DNA from: Amoebophrya sp. A120 | Taxonomy: Eukaryota; Protista; Dinoflagellata | Assembly (NCBI GenBank): GCA_905178155.1 | Contig: CAJINV010000012.1 | Span: 677,271 to 741,270 of the forward strand | DNA: 64,000 bases | Reading direction: 5' to 3' | Shown: piece by piece, positions 12,838-25,700 of the stretch | Numbering within the stretch: the stretch's first letter is position 1 | Layout: each line of letters opens with the position of its first letter | Translations under genes and position numbers: made by a program | The notes under the pieces: generated by a model | Databases searched by the model: none | Told to the model about the DNA's origin: nothing | The model's input: the letters and a program-made list of their open reading frames with translations, nothing else

Positions 12838-13530
12838 CTAAAACTCTGCCCTCATCCCGTTTTTCTTCATCCAGGGCGCAAACACTTTCATCGCCTCTAC
12901 CATCTTGTCTGACCTGTGCGGATGGAATTTTGCTCGGTTAAACATGGTCAAGACAATTTGCTTCTGGTGCGTTAAATCGCGACACTGTTTCGAAATAATC
13001 TTCAACGTGTCCCGCGCTTTTTCCGCAGATCCGAAGCCGGTTCCCTGCACGGACTGTTTTGGGTTCCTGTTCCCCGCGTGGAGGGATATGTTCACGCCGT
13101 TTTGGACTTTTCGTGCGAGGCTTTGCTCCTCCTTTTTCGATTTCGGTATCCTACAGAAAAATTACTACGCCAACAGATACTTCTACCAGAAAAGAAGTAA
13201 ATTTCTGTTGCAGTGTTTGATGACACAATCAAGGTTTTTTTCCGGGTGGTTCGACATGCCAAACTTTTTCGATTGCACCTCTCTGACAGCACCCGAATCG
13301 CATTACAAACTGAACTCTACATGGCAGAAGATTGCATCTCTTTTGACTTTGCGTTCCAGCACAATTTTTAGTGACAGAAATCGACCAGCTGCAGCACAAA
13401 TTCACTATTTTTCTCGTAGCTCTGACTCTGCGGGTGTGTTTTTCTTTTTCTGTGGGATATTCGGCAGCGTTATCTTGCGAACTTTCTCGATGGCGGATCT
13501 GGCCACAGCCTTTGTTGCGGTTTTAGACAT
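12838..13530 (-). CDS. Small basic protein of unknown function, one introner
   Basis: ATG at 13530. MSKTATKAVARSAIEKVRKITLP joins KSKKEEQ..NPKQSVQGTGFGSAEKARDTL..TMFNRAKFHP in frame after removing 13147-13459 plus one TSD. Confidence 0.75.
13147..13459. mobile_element. Introner family K
   Basis: TATCCTACAGAAAAA...TTTTTCTGTGGGATA; TSD ttcgg. Confidence 0.85.
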
Positions 13531-14462
13531 GATTTTTGCTTTGTTGGATCGTTCTTGAATTGGGGTACTTAAGAGCTCCTTTGGTGATGGGAACTGATTG
13601 TTGGGCTTAGGCGTGGGCTATTATAGAATGACATTAACAGACATAGTGCAGTACTACTTCGACTTTTGTGTCAGTACCGAAACATATTATCGCACGAAAG
13701 GGCAGACAGAAATAAGGACAACCGAAATAGTGCTTCTCGCAGACTAAACGAGGCAGCAAGAAAGCCATGGAATTTTCATCAAATTTCATATACATGTCGC
13801 CTCTCGTAATCCCGCGAGACCGAATACATCGGGCGCAGTAGGAAACAAGTAGTCCGCTTGCCGTACTATTGTACTGATCCTCAACAAAGTGGCGGTCCTC
13901 GCGTACTTATCTCTTGAGAAGAGTTTGACGACGCTGACAATGCAACTGCTGATGCTGTGCTTTCCGATACGCCGCACCTTGGTGGATTTTATGCTGTCTC
14001 GACGCGAGAAGTTTTGCAAATCATACAGTGAGGGTCATGGACTACAACGACGTGGCTTGTACTAGCATCGTGTCGCTAGTACGGCAAAAAAAGAAATAGG
14101 GACTCAACTCAACAAAAACGGCATATCGTTCTTGTTGCTCTTCGTCTCTTATTTGGTGTTTCTAGGAAATGGAAAAGGTTGCGAGGAAAGCAGCGCTCCT
14201 CTTCATGTGGTAGTGGTATCATGCGAAAATAATTGTCGTGTGAAAATTCCATACTGGCCGCAGCTGGTTCATCTTATCGTACAAAGCCGCTTTTTGCTCG
14301 TTTTGGTAAATGGATCCGACAAAACTTGTTTGAAACAGGTACTACAGGAATTCGAATTCGTCTCAAAATTGAAAAATTAATATGCCACTTACATTTTTGA
14401 GATTGAACATCAAAAAGTATACTACCACAGTGACCACGTGCACCAACACTACTAAAAATTCA

Positions 14463-17400
14463 TCACCGAACCACGAAGCCACTGAAGCCGGCAAGGAAAG
14501 TAGCAAAACCGTCTTTCTTCTTGTCCTGTTTGTTCTTCTTTTTCTTGTTTCGATTGTTCTTGTCCGCCGCGCTCGGCTCAGAAGAGCCAGTTGCCGAAGA
14601 AGAGGAAGACGAACAAGAGGAAGAAGAACTGCTCACGTCTGTTTTCGACGCCGCCCTGTTCGCCCCGCACCCGCCCGCGCCGGCATGATTGTCTTTTCCT
14701 TTATTTTGCAAAAAACTGGGCCGAGAGGTCGCAGAATCCGTCGTGGTGGTCCCAGCGTGATGGACGATGGAAAACTTCTTGTCGTGCCTGAAATATCGCA
14801 GTTAAAAAGTGTTTCACTGTAAAAGGATTTTCCAAGTTTTGCATCACAAGTTTGTTTTATATGACAGAGAATAAAATTTGCCATGCGAGGCTCCGTAGGG
14901 AAAACACAGCTAAAAATCAACTGTCTTGCATCTGTAGCAAGGCAAACAGTTCTGAGATGCATTTTCTGCATTACAAGTTTACAGTGAAACAGCTTTTTTG
15001 TGGATATGAAAGTAGAAACCTCGTCCTCGTACTCCATTCGCGCTTCTTCGTTCAACATGCATTCCAATTTCCTTGCGTCAAGAATGTAGTCGGTGCTCCG
15101 CACCACACCGGAATACTTGGACTGTTTCGACGAGGACCCTCGGCGCTGTAGATCAATGAGGTACATTGATGTAGTTCAATCCTTATCCTTTGTTTTCCAC
15201 GTGCTTCTTGAAACAGTATCGAAATAAAGCGTTTTGTCAAAACCAAGAAGCAGCAGTCCGGACAAGAAAAATCATAAAATACAACAATCTGACGCAACAT
15301 TAGAAACGATTTCCAAATTCAGTCTACTAGGTCGTACTATCCCTTGTACCATGATGCTCGGCCGCAGGTCGATGGCTTTCCAGACCCGATCGCGCCACTT
15401 GGACCCGAAATTGTGCAAGGCCCTAAACAAACGATAGCCAGATCCGGGTTTCAGACTGGGAAACAGATTGAGGATGGATCTCCGCCCGCCTGTCCGAACG
15501 TCGAAGTTGTTCACAGATGAGTTTTTGTCGTGGCAGGCTTGTGGTTGTAGTACTTGCGAAGGGTGATCCTCTTCCTTGTCTTCGACACTGTTTTGTTCCG
15601 CGTGGATCAGCTTGCTTCCTCTGCCCTGGTGCAGCAACTCGGTAGCTCTTTGTAGTCTCGCTGCCCGCGTCGTCGTTCGCTCGGGTTTTATTTTCGACGT
15701 GCTGCTGCAATCATTTTTTGTATGACAGTGCACAACTCCCCCTCCCCCTCAATGTCATGAAAAGTCCCAAATGCAGTGGGTGCCTTGTGGCACGGTTTGC
15801 ATCACAAATCCCGGAAGCTGAAACAGTACTACGCTAGGCTAAGAAACTTGTCATGCACTGGCTCCACGTGTGCTGGTCTTTGTATTGCTATTCATGCCAT
15901 ACAAATGAGGGGGAGGGGGAGTTGTGCACTTTCATACTTTCGCACCACCTCGAAGTGCCGGTACTTCAAGTCCTTCAAGAGCCAGTATAGCCTGCTCAAA
16001 CGTTACACTCTCAAGCGTTACAATAGAATCTGGGTTTTGTATTGCATGATGAGCATGACAGACTCCCGCGGCATTCCACTTTCAGCAATACAAATTTCGC
16101 CAGATTGTATATGCGGATCGGGACTCCAGAACTTGTCATGCGCAATCCTATGCGAGTTGGATAGATAATGCACTTCTTGCAACACAAATTCCAGATTCTA
16201 TTGTAACGCTTGAGATTGTAACACCTGAACAGGTTATAGCCAGCTCGGAGCCGTAATCTCGGGGTCGCAGTTTCCCACTTGCACGATCGGATGCATGGCG
16301 AGGTCCCTTTCGACGTCCTGCTCCTCGGTCGTAACATGATTTGTCGGTGCAGCTTGGTTACTGATACTGCCTTCCCGAGCATGCTTGCGATATTTTTCTC
16401 CTGGTTCTTCGGTAGAAGTGTTCATCTCCCCCGCGTCCAGAACTTCGAGCGAGGACGAGGAAGAAGAAGCGGAGGATGCTGAAGAGGATCTAGCGGCTCT
16501 CTCCCGCGGCCCTCGGCTCAGATCAACATTTCTTGCTCCGTACATGGCCGCACTGAATTCGCCAAACGCCGCTGAAGAAAGCCACACGATTCCCTGCTTC
16601 AGATCCATCCGATACAGTTTCTTCTCATTGATCACAATCTTCGCCGTCCATTTGGCTTGGTACAGTTTACTGCTATTGACGGTCCTCGATGATGACTTAT
16701 TCGATTGGTTGATGTCAGAGGCTGCAGCTGCGCTCACACTTCCTTGTGCAGCAGAAGCCCCCTCCTGCTGAGCGGAGGACGTTGTCGTTCCCGAGATTAT
16801 TTCTGCTTCGTGGTAAACCAGAATCTGCACCCTCCTGTGACAATCGTCCGGCGGAAGGTAGACATCTGTTTCCACAGTCACAACCTCCTTCGTCGAGCCG
16901 TCTAACACCAGAAATTTGAAATACAACCGGTGCCCCATCGCTTCGATCGCGATTGACGGCTCGGGGGAGCCGCGGGTCGTCAATGACATCACGGACCATC
17001 GCTCTTTGGTGGTTTGCTCCACCTTATCCGCCTTCGCCGTGGGTGTGAGGTGGATGTAGAAGCTCATCTCGAAGCAATCTGGAAACGGCCAAAGCTCGCA
17101 CGCCTCCGTCCCCTGGTCGAGGGAAATCAAGTCCAACAGCGTGTGCAGTTTCCCCAACTTTTTAATCGGCACCGCCCGCTGCGAAAGCAGGTGCTGGTGA
17201 CAAAACAGCTTGACGGCCTCCGTGTGCGCCCGTTGCTGGTTCACCGTTCGGGCGGCTTCTTGGTCTTTTGCGGATACGGTTTCCAAGATTTTCAAAGGTC
17301 GCTTCGGTTGTCGGTGTCGTTCTGGTGGGCCACGAGTGGTAGTTGTTCCCCCGACTTTCCGGAGCGACAAGGGGACAGGAAGTTCTGAAGAGGGTGGAGA

Positions 17401-18915
17401 AGCAGATGAAACACCTGTAGGAGTTTCATGCTTGTTCTCAACTTCGCTTTTCGTTTTATTCAGCACCGCCTCAGCCACCACGTCTTCAAGTCGGTTGTTG
17501 TGTTTATGCACCGTGCACTGCTGTTGAAGACCGATTTTCTGGGAGAAGACTGCTTTTTTCGAAGCAGTACCGGGCTGCGTAGACGTAGTAGAAGAGGTGT
17601 TTGTTTCATCTCCTGTGGATTTTGGATGTCCTGTCTCACTTCGCATCCCTGAAGCTGCTTCTTGCTTACTTTTCGCCAAGGCACTGCGAATTCTGCTGCC
17701 GGTCGTAGTGCCAGAGGGGAAGGTCGATGTTGAGTTACTACCATTTTCTCTGTCGACCTCCGGTAGCCGTTCCTTTGTTGCACTCTCCGTCTTCATCTCC
17801 GCTGCGCCTGCATGGGATGAGCTGCTTCTACTACGCCCGGCTACAAGTTCTGCAGATGTTTTGCTCGTCTTGATGGTGTCGTTCCGCTGATCATCTGGAT
17901 CTGCCACTTCGTCAGGAGCTTGCTCCACGCGTCGAGGAAATTCATCCACTCCGGGTAGCTCTGCGAAAGTCACGGTTTGATGTCGGGGCTTCGGCTTGAT
18001 CATCATTTCACAGGTTTGTAGTTGAGAAGGTGAGGAAGAGGAACTGAGCGCCGCCGTCGACGTCGAATCTTTTGCTGTGCCTGTGTCTACTGTGTCTTCA
18101 AAACGACCGCTACTTCTTCCATCATGTCCATCCACCTGATTGTTCTTTTCGTAAGTGGAAGAAGTCGACAAAGCAGCAGTACCCGGACGAGGTGGTACAC
18201 GAACTGCTGCTTCTCCAGCCGCGCCGACAAAATTTGCATCTCCATTTGTTGATAGCAAATTCGGTGGCAAAAAGGAATCCGCGGTGCAACTCGACCCAGG
18301 CCTACTAGATGTTGTTGCATAGTGGAAATTGTTGACGCACGACGAGCCCTCGCTCTCCGCCTGGTCCTCCTGTTTGATGCTCCGGCTATAGCAGTTTCCT
18401 TTATCTTGTTGTTTTAAAATCGAGCCCTTCGTTGCTGCTGCAAAGGGGTACGCCTGGAAATCTTTGTTCACGTTTTCTTTGGGTAGAGAGAACAAAGTCG
18501 CTGCACTTTGTGTAGTTGACATCGTTTTTTTTGTCTTGCTACCACACCTATTGCCGTCGGCAGAAGAAGTGGCGCTGTTGTTATAGTTGCTGCTGTTTGA
18601 AGATGTAGTTGTGATGTAACGGTCCCCCGGCTCTCGCGACGACGTGCCAGTGTACTCATCTCCCCTCGCCAGAAAGAACTTGCTCTCGGGTCCTACCAAT
18701 CTTGTCGAGTTGCTGTTGCGACCGGACAAGAGATTCGCGTCTACTTCTGCGTTTGTGGCGGATGGAAGTTGTCCAGAACGACCTCCAGCGCCGTCACCAG
18801 CCAAGGTCTGAGGTTTTCCGATCAGAGTGCCGGTTCGCCCGGCTGTCGCCCAGGAGGAGGCGGATGAAATAGTGGCGACCATGGAGTTTGTTTTTCTTTT
18901 TCTTTCGATTTGCAA
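14463..18915 (-). CDS. Large low-complexity hypothetical protein, multi-exon
   Basis: 893-aa first exon continues in frame (SWLLKDLKYRHFEVVRK|NDCSS; later STF|RHDKKF) across three introners; one canonical intron inferred near 15150-15340. Confidence 0.6.
14794..15006. mobile_element. Introner family H
   Basis: TIR TATC..AAAAAG(C)TGTTTCACTGTAAA; TSD tgaaa. Confidence 0.85.
15721..15936. mobile_element. Introner family G
   Basis: TIR TATGA.AGTGCACAACTCCCCCTCCCCCTC; flanks ttttg/ctttc. Confidence 0.85.
15986..16238. mobile_element. Introner family E
   Basis: Long TIR TATA.CCTG.TCA...GTTACAATAGAATCTGG; TSD gccag. Confidence 0.9.
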
Positions 18916-19361
18916 AAAAGGGGCGGGAGCTGCAGGGAGGGCGCCAGCTGTTAATGCTGTCGTGTTATGTTCTACTTGCCTTCATCAACTTCGGGGCAAC
19001 GATTCAGCATTTTCATTTTCTATGTGTGGGCGGAAACAAATTATTCATAGCGAATAAACATGGTATAGACATCACATGCGAAACTTTCTTTGACTGAGCT
19101 CTCATCATCATCATCTCAATCCATGCAATAACACCCCCGGAAACGGAATTTTGCATGCGCTCTCAAACTAAATACATCTGAAGGTGGAAGATGCACCCAA
19201 CCTCCTAATCGAAAGAGAACAAACATGACGAACGGTCGTCCCTTAAGCATCTATCCATGGCGAATCTGAATCAAAACGTTCGTGCATGAGAAATAAATAT
19301 GATGGATTCATTGCATATTAACACGCATTTTTCGAAACAGGTCCAGCACGCGCCCACTGCG

Positions 19362-19669
19362 TATGGGAGCGTCAGGTTTGAAATCAACAAAGTTGAAATG
19401 ATTTGTCATGCATAAAATGCAAGGCATGAAGTGCCTGTCTTGCCGGGATGGCAAGTGAGGCCGACTGTCAGCCTGTTTAGGGTTTGAAATAGAGCTGCTA
19501 AAGTAGCACGACAAAAGCAGTCGTCTGTGCCCAAACTGCATGACAAATTGGATTCCGTTACTCGGAAAATTTGTCATGCGCCGCTTGGAAATTGGGCTTC
19601 CGGCTGGTATCGACTTTATGCATTACAAGTTATTTCAACTTTGACGATTTCAATTCTGACACTCCCATA
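19362..19669. mobile_element. Introner family C outside any evident long CDS
   Basis: TIRs; TSD ctgcg. Confidence 0.9.
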
Positions 19670-20380
19670 CTGCGTCAAGCCATGATCTTGCGCTCACTGG
19701 AGACAAGGTACAAAGAAGCACCGGACAACGGCAGAAAAAGTTTGAGAGCAGGGCTAAAAAAATTCCAAGTATATGTCAAAGAAACATGTATAATATGCTG
19801 AAAAACCTAAACTACTACCAATGCCGACCACTACGCAGTTGCGTCGACAAGGCTCGGCTCATACTTGGTACTGTATTCAGTGCGTTTTCATCTCGTCCAC
19901 GTTCATTCTCCGAACAAACGCGTTAAGAGCTCAAACGTAGCGGCTACTGTGCTTCCAAAAAAAAAAGAAAATCTATCAGGTAAAATTTAAATTGTCTTCG
20001 CGAAAAATTATAGGCGAGCTAAAGTGCTGAAACAGTATGAAACTACAGGTGGATGGGGCTAAAAGTGAAAATTTTTCTTACCTATACCTACGTTGCTGAA
20101 AATGGGAAAAGTCTTTTGTGATGTATCTTCTCTAACTTTATACAGCATATTGACATTGTTCATCCGACTTTCTTCGTTAATGGGTAAAAGATCTGGACTG
20201 GACATTGGTATTCTACACGAAAAATCTTAAACTGTACATGGGATAGCGGCGTAGCGACACACTTTGAAACGCTCTTGGTCTATGAAATGCACGAAATAAA
20301 TTCAACTTGGTGTGCTACGTATTAGACTGGAATATCAGTAGAATTTTATCCTCAACTTCTACCACCCCTAGTAACGCCAC

Positions 20381-21415
20381 CTACTCGGGGGGCCGCGGCG
20401 GCTGCTGGAGCGTCACGGAAGGTGAGTTCTTGGTGGACGAAGCTCCGGATGGAGAAGATGACGAGGAAGAAGATGTTTTTGTTTGCATTTGCTGCGTTTG
20501 GTCCGCCGTGGTAGTTGCGAGGTCATTATTATTTTGTGCAAGTTTCAGTAACAGATCCTCATCGTGGTCGTCTTGCAATTCTTGCAGCAAGGTCGTTGGA
20601 GTTGTTGGCATGTCGTGGGTTGGTTCTTCTCCTCCAGCTACGTTTGCGCTCTTTATTCCAGCGACGGTTATTTGATTCGCTTGTTCCGCCGCGCCACTGT
20701 TCAACATCCCGCCCGTTCGCTTGTTCCTCCTCTCCTCCTCACTCGGCAGGTGCAGCGAGCAAAGACTGCGCTCCAACAATTCATCCGCTTGTAGTTCATG
20801 ATGATCTCGTTGCGCAGCATCTACTGCTACTTCTACTTCCGTGGTCGTTGGATTAATGTCCCCATCCCGGCGGGAGGTGTTGCTAGTACGACAACTGCCA
20901 ACATCACCATCCCCTTCGGTTTGTAGTCTTTGATCACCATCATGATCTTCCTGAGCAAACACTTCCTCCTTCGGGCTCCCGCTCTGTTCATCTGGGAGTT
21001 CGAAATTTACCTTCACCGCGTATTTGGACCGGACGCAAAAAGTTTTGTCGTTTTTCGTACTCGTAATACAGCTGTCCCGGTCGTATTGTTCGCCGTTTCG
21101 CAATGCAGCTGGGGTACTAGTTCTTACATCTGGCGCACCACAAGAGCTGTTCGGCGTAGAAGTAGTTGCTCGGGTCGTCCTGTCCTCAGCGCTCCTCTTT
21201 TTCGCCGAAGCCAAAATCGAGTTCGGCGCGGGAGTGCCGGGTGTAGTAGGAGTGGGCGTTGTCTTTATCAACAAAGGGGACGTTGATGTTCTTTCCGTCT
21301 GTCCATTCGGTGCAGTAGTAGTTCTGCGATCAGCCGTTGAAGAACTACTTTCACCAGACGCAGAGCTGAAACTGTTCTCGTCGCAGAGTGGCAAGGTTGG
21401 ATCCACAAGTTTCAA
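20381..21415 (-). CDS. S/T-rich 344-aa ORF, probably a terminal exon
   Basis: Long open frame with the composition of neighbouring genes; no ATG start. Confidence 0.5.
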   Translation of the reverse strand: MKLVDPTLPLCDENSFSSASGESSSSTADRRTTTAPNGQTERTSTSPLLIKTTPTPTTPGTPAPNSILASAKKRSAEDRTTRATTSTPNSSCGAPDVRTSTPAALRNGEQYDRDSCITSTKNDKTFCVRSKYAVKVNFELPDEQSGSPKEEVFAQEDHDGDQRLQTEGDGDVGSCRTSNTSRRDGDINPTTTEVEVAVDAAQRDHHELQADELLERSLCSLHLPSEEERRNKRTGGMLNSGAAEQANQITVAGIKSANVAGGEEPTHDMPTTPTTLLQELQDDHDEDLLLKLAQNNNDLATTTADQTQQMQTKTSSSSSSSPSGASSTKNSPSVTLQQPPRPPE

Positions 21416-21533
21416 CGCCAGGCGGAGAAAGTACTGTTTGCTTCGACTATACAGTTATACAAATCTACCGAACGTCGACTACACGACGTGCCAGAGGCAC
21501 AAGAACTGCGCCAGGTCCAGCTGCCACCACCGC

Positions 21534-22471
21534 GAGTAGAGTTTGCAGTGCGGAATAAGGTCAAACTAAGAACCCTAAACGACCCTAGAACCCTGAAACC
21601 CTTGCCGCGTAGGCCTCGGCACAGGGACGAGCTGCGTAGGCTGCGGAACCGGGACGTGTAGCGGAGGTCGCGGAGGAAGGGAAGAAGAAGGCGCACATGG
21701 CGGAATGCGGAGAAAGGCGTAGAAGCAACATTTTTGAAAAAGAAGTATAAGCATTTTTTTGAAAATAAAATATAATAAATCCCATAATACAACCCACCCA
21801 AAAAAAACACTGCTTGGTGCCAGTAGGGCCCAGGAGGAGAAAAGCAAGCAAAAGGAAGGCAAAGTAAGACTACTACATAAAAAGCGCTAGTAAAGCCTAT
21901 TGCTCTGATCCGTCTAGGCGGGCCCGCCCTTCTGGTTCTAAAGCTTCAGCAGTGCTGAGAACGTTCCGACCCTAAACCTCGAGGCACAAGTGCCAGAGAT
22001 CTACGTACGTATGCGCACGAGCAAGGCAGGATAGGTGCCTGGTATGGACACACAATCCAACTAAAACAAAAAGCAAAACAAAATCGAAAAGCAAAACAAA
22101 TTCGAAAGAGTTCCCTCATGCCATCTCATACGAAGGCGAGATCGAGAGGAAACTCAGCATGTCAAGATGTTTGTGTTAAACATCCATTTGCTCTTCGGAT
22201 TTATTTATGTACAAGTCAAGCAGTCACGTTCATATTCGTGTTCGAATGTTTCAAAAAAGTTTTTTATGATTGTGATCAGCCCAGGCTTGTATACATAAGC
22301 GCAATGTAATACTAGTGCTGCATGAGACTAGAAACATTCTGCAGGTAAAGTGAAAGCAGCATCAGAACATACAAATGCATGAAAACACGGAGACATATAC
22401 AAAATGCATGACAACCTGCAGGAGCATGACAGATAAAATGCAAAGAGTAGAGTTTGCAGTGCGGAATAAGG
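21534..22471. repeat. 27-bp perfect direct repeat pair bracketing ~885 bp
   Basis: gagtagagtttgcagtgcggaataagg at 21534-21560 and 22445-22471. Confidence 0.85.
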
Positions 22472-22779
22472 GAAGATACAGATACTGCAAGAAGAAGAGC
22501 CTCATTTTTACATCATGACCACGAACATCACGACGTTTACAGGTACGTCGTGGACGTCAGTAGATTGTTCACTGTCCATAAGCAACATCCTCCCCAGATT
22601 GGACTAACGCAACCATCGTCGGGTCTTCCCCGACTTTTTCCAGCACCACACAGAGCCTGTTTGTGTTTTCGTTGTACAGAGTTTGATATTGATTTTCAAA
22701 AGCACAAACAACTACGTTTATTCCATCGAGATTTCATTGTCTACGACGAATTTCGATTTCCATTTTTTCCTCTAGTAGT

Positions 22780-25700
22780 ACCTGAGAAAGTAATTCTTCT
22801 CTACACCCCACTTCCGGTCGTCTTTCGATTCGCCGACACCGAACACCTTGTAACTGTCCCACTCGTCCTCCTCCTCGTCTTCGTTTTCTACTTCTTCCTT
22901 GAGTTTGTGCAAGATCGGCCACTATCAAATGTAAAAATGTCTGGGTCTGGAAGAATGCAAGATTTGTGATGCAGGTTTTCCATGACCCATGAGGTCTGGA
23001 ATGCGAGACCCAGCATAACAGATTTTTTGAGGTCTCTTTTATGCCTTTCCTGCATGAGAAACTCCCTCTCAACTTGGTCAAAAGCGGACAGCTCTTGGCA
23101 CTCACGCAACACAGATTTTTGCATCGTTCAGATTTAGCATGACAAGTTCTAACCCTCGTCCAGACCCAGACACTTTTGCACTTGATAGCCACACTAGCTC
23201 CAGTGCGTCGTCCTCGTCTAGGATACCCAGGTAACCCAATGCCTCGTAAACGATCGAGATGGAGGCAATGAGGTCCCAGAAATTTGCTTTTTTCACCAGC
23301 TCATCCTGTGCAAAAGTATCGCACTCGTACTAATTGAGTTTATGCATTACAAATCTTTTTCCGAAGGAAAATCCGCATTACAAATTAATTGCTAAGTCAA
23401 TTTGTATATGCAATTTACACTAGTACGATACTTTTGCAATGCATACAGCTGCGAAGATGATCCACCACGACCCGATGAAGTGGTGAAGTTGTTTCCATAG
23501 TTCCCGTTTATTGGCTCATCCGAGTCTTCGTCTTCATCCCGGTAGTTGTTCACCCACTCATCTGCCGCACTGTTTATCGTATTGTTGCTGTCGCGACCGC
23601 CATATCCTGCGCAAAAGTATCGCACTCGTATTGCAGTCATGCGTTACAAGTCTTTTTTTTAAGGTAAACCCGCATTACAAATTTTCTTTCTCATGCTTGG
23701 GAAATTTGTAATGCATTTATACGAGTACGATACTTTTGCAGTTCATACGCCACCCAGGTTTGAATGTTCGATCTTCCCTAGGAGAAGGTCAAACCTGGTT
23801 TTCAGCTTCACCATCTTTATCAGAAACGAGTTCTGTTCTATCCCACGAAAAAAGTGTTACAGTTACACACTTGTAGTGAATTCAGCAACACAAATTTCTC
23901 TGCATGAAAGTAATGCAGAAATCCCACGATAAAACACCTATTGAACGGGGCTCCTAGGCATATCCCGCATGACAGAACTTGTCTGTCTTGCTTGGCCTGC
24001 AACGCAATGTGTAACTGTAACACTTTTTTCTTGCGATATGTTCCTTGTCGGTCCTCGCCTCTGCTGACTTGAAGACCTATCCTGTGCAAAAGTATCGTAC
24101 TACTCGTATAAATGCAAGTCTTGCGTTACAAATCCTTTTCATCAGGTAAACCCGCATTACAAAATTTATTTCTCAAGCTGAGGAGATTTGTAATGCATTT
24201 ATACGAGTACGATGCTTTTGCAGTTCATAAGACCACGGCGGTAACCATGTTGAGGAGCAGAAGAGCGGACACCGAAAGGTAGGTTGTGAAGAAGAACAAC
24301 ATCAAAACCGGGCTGCCCGTGGCCGCGACCACCTCCTCAATACTCTCAACCCAACCGTCCAGGGTCATGATTTGCAGAAGCGTGTTATCCTGTGCAAATA
24401 AAGTGTCGTGCTCGTATTGCAATCATGCATTACAAATGTTTTTCTTAAGATGCATCAGCATTACAAATTTTATTTCTCACGCTGAGGAAACTTGTAATGC
24501 ATTTATACGAGTACGATGCCATACTTTTGCACTTCATACGTGTAGAACGCCGGCAGGGTCCGGTGGCACTGCAAGGCGTCGGGGTTCTGGGCGATGAAGT
24601 TGTCGTAGTTGAATGTGTATGAACTGCAAAAGTATCGCACTCGTATAAAAAATGCATTACAAATTTTCTCAGCATGAGAAGTAAAATCTGTAATGCGGAT
24701 TTACCTTAACAAAAAGCATGATTGCAATGCGATTGCAATCATGCATGATTGCAATGCGAGTACGATACTTTTGCAATGCCTAATGTGCACAAAGCGACCA
24801 CCACCATGGAGAAGATGAAGCACACCATATTGCGAGGAAAAATCCCCCCTCCCCATATTGAAAAGGACACTTGTGATGCTGGATTTGGGTACACGACTCG
24901 ACTTGTATTGCCTGCAGGCCAAGCGACGCAGTTCTGGCGTGAATTGCAGGCAGCTGTCATGCTGATTTCCACTTCCAGTTGCCTCCTGTCATGCTGAAGA
25001 TGCAAGGCTTTCCCATGCCAGCCAGCACTACAGTGTCTACATCTTGATCCTTTGCCTTCTAGCATGACAACGTGATTTGTGGTAGCAAATCATGCTACAC
25101 AAATCTCCGTTTTAGTATGGGGAGGGGGCTTTTTTCACAATGATACACCGTCAGTGTGAAGATCACGGTCCAAAGCAACGGCTGCACGGTATCCTGAGTA
25201 AAAACGTACCCACGCCAGAGTTGTAATGCAAATCTGCATGCTGAAAATGTTTCTCATGCGGAGCCCCATGAGAAGCATTTTCTAGTCGTGTTTTGCAATT
25301 TGTCATGCTCCAATCAGCATGGTATGCTAGATCTGTGATGCTGCTGAGCTAGCTCAAACAGCACTACACTACGAATCCAAATTTGTCATGCAAAACAGCC
25401 AAAACTTGTGGATTTGTCTAGCCGATTCCCCATCTTGACTATGGTGTGGGTACGTTTTTACTCAGGATACACGGCAAAGAGAAAGGTCAGGGTGACCGTC
25501 CACAAGTGCTCTATCATGCTAAACATGCGCACCACGCGGACGCAATTTAAAGCTTTGGTCATCGAGAGAATCTCCGCGATGTATCCTCTGTAAAAACATC
25601 CCCACCCCAGAGTTGTCATGCTAAACAAAATGCGACACACTTTGCCCCCCCATTGTGCCATGGCCGCAGATGGCTTGAGACGCAGGGCGGGTGGGTCAGG

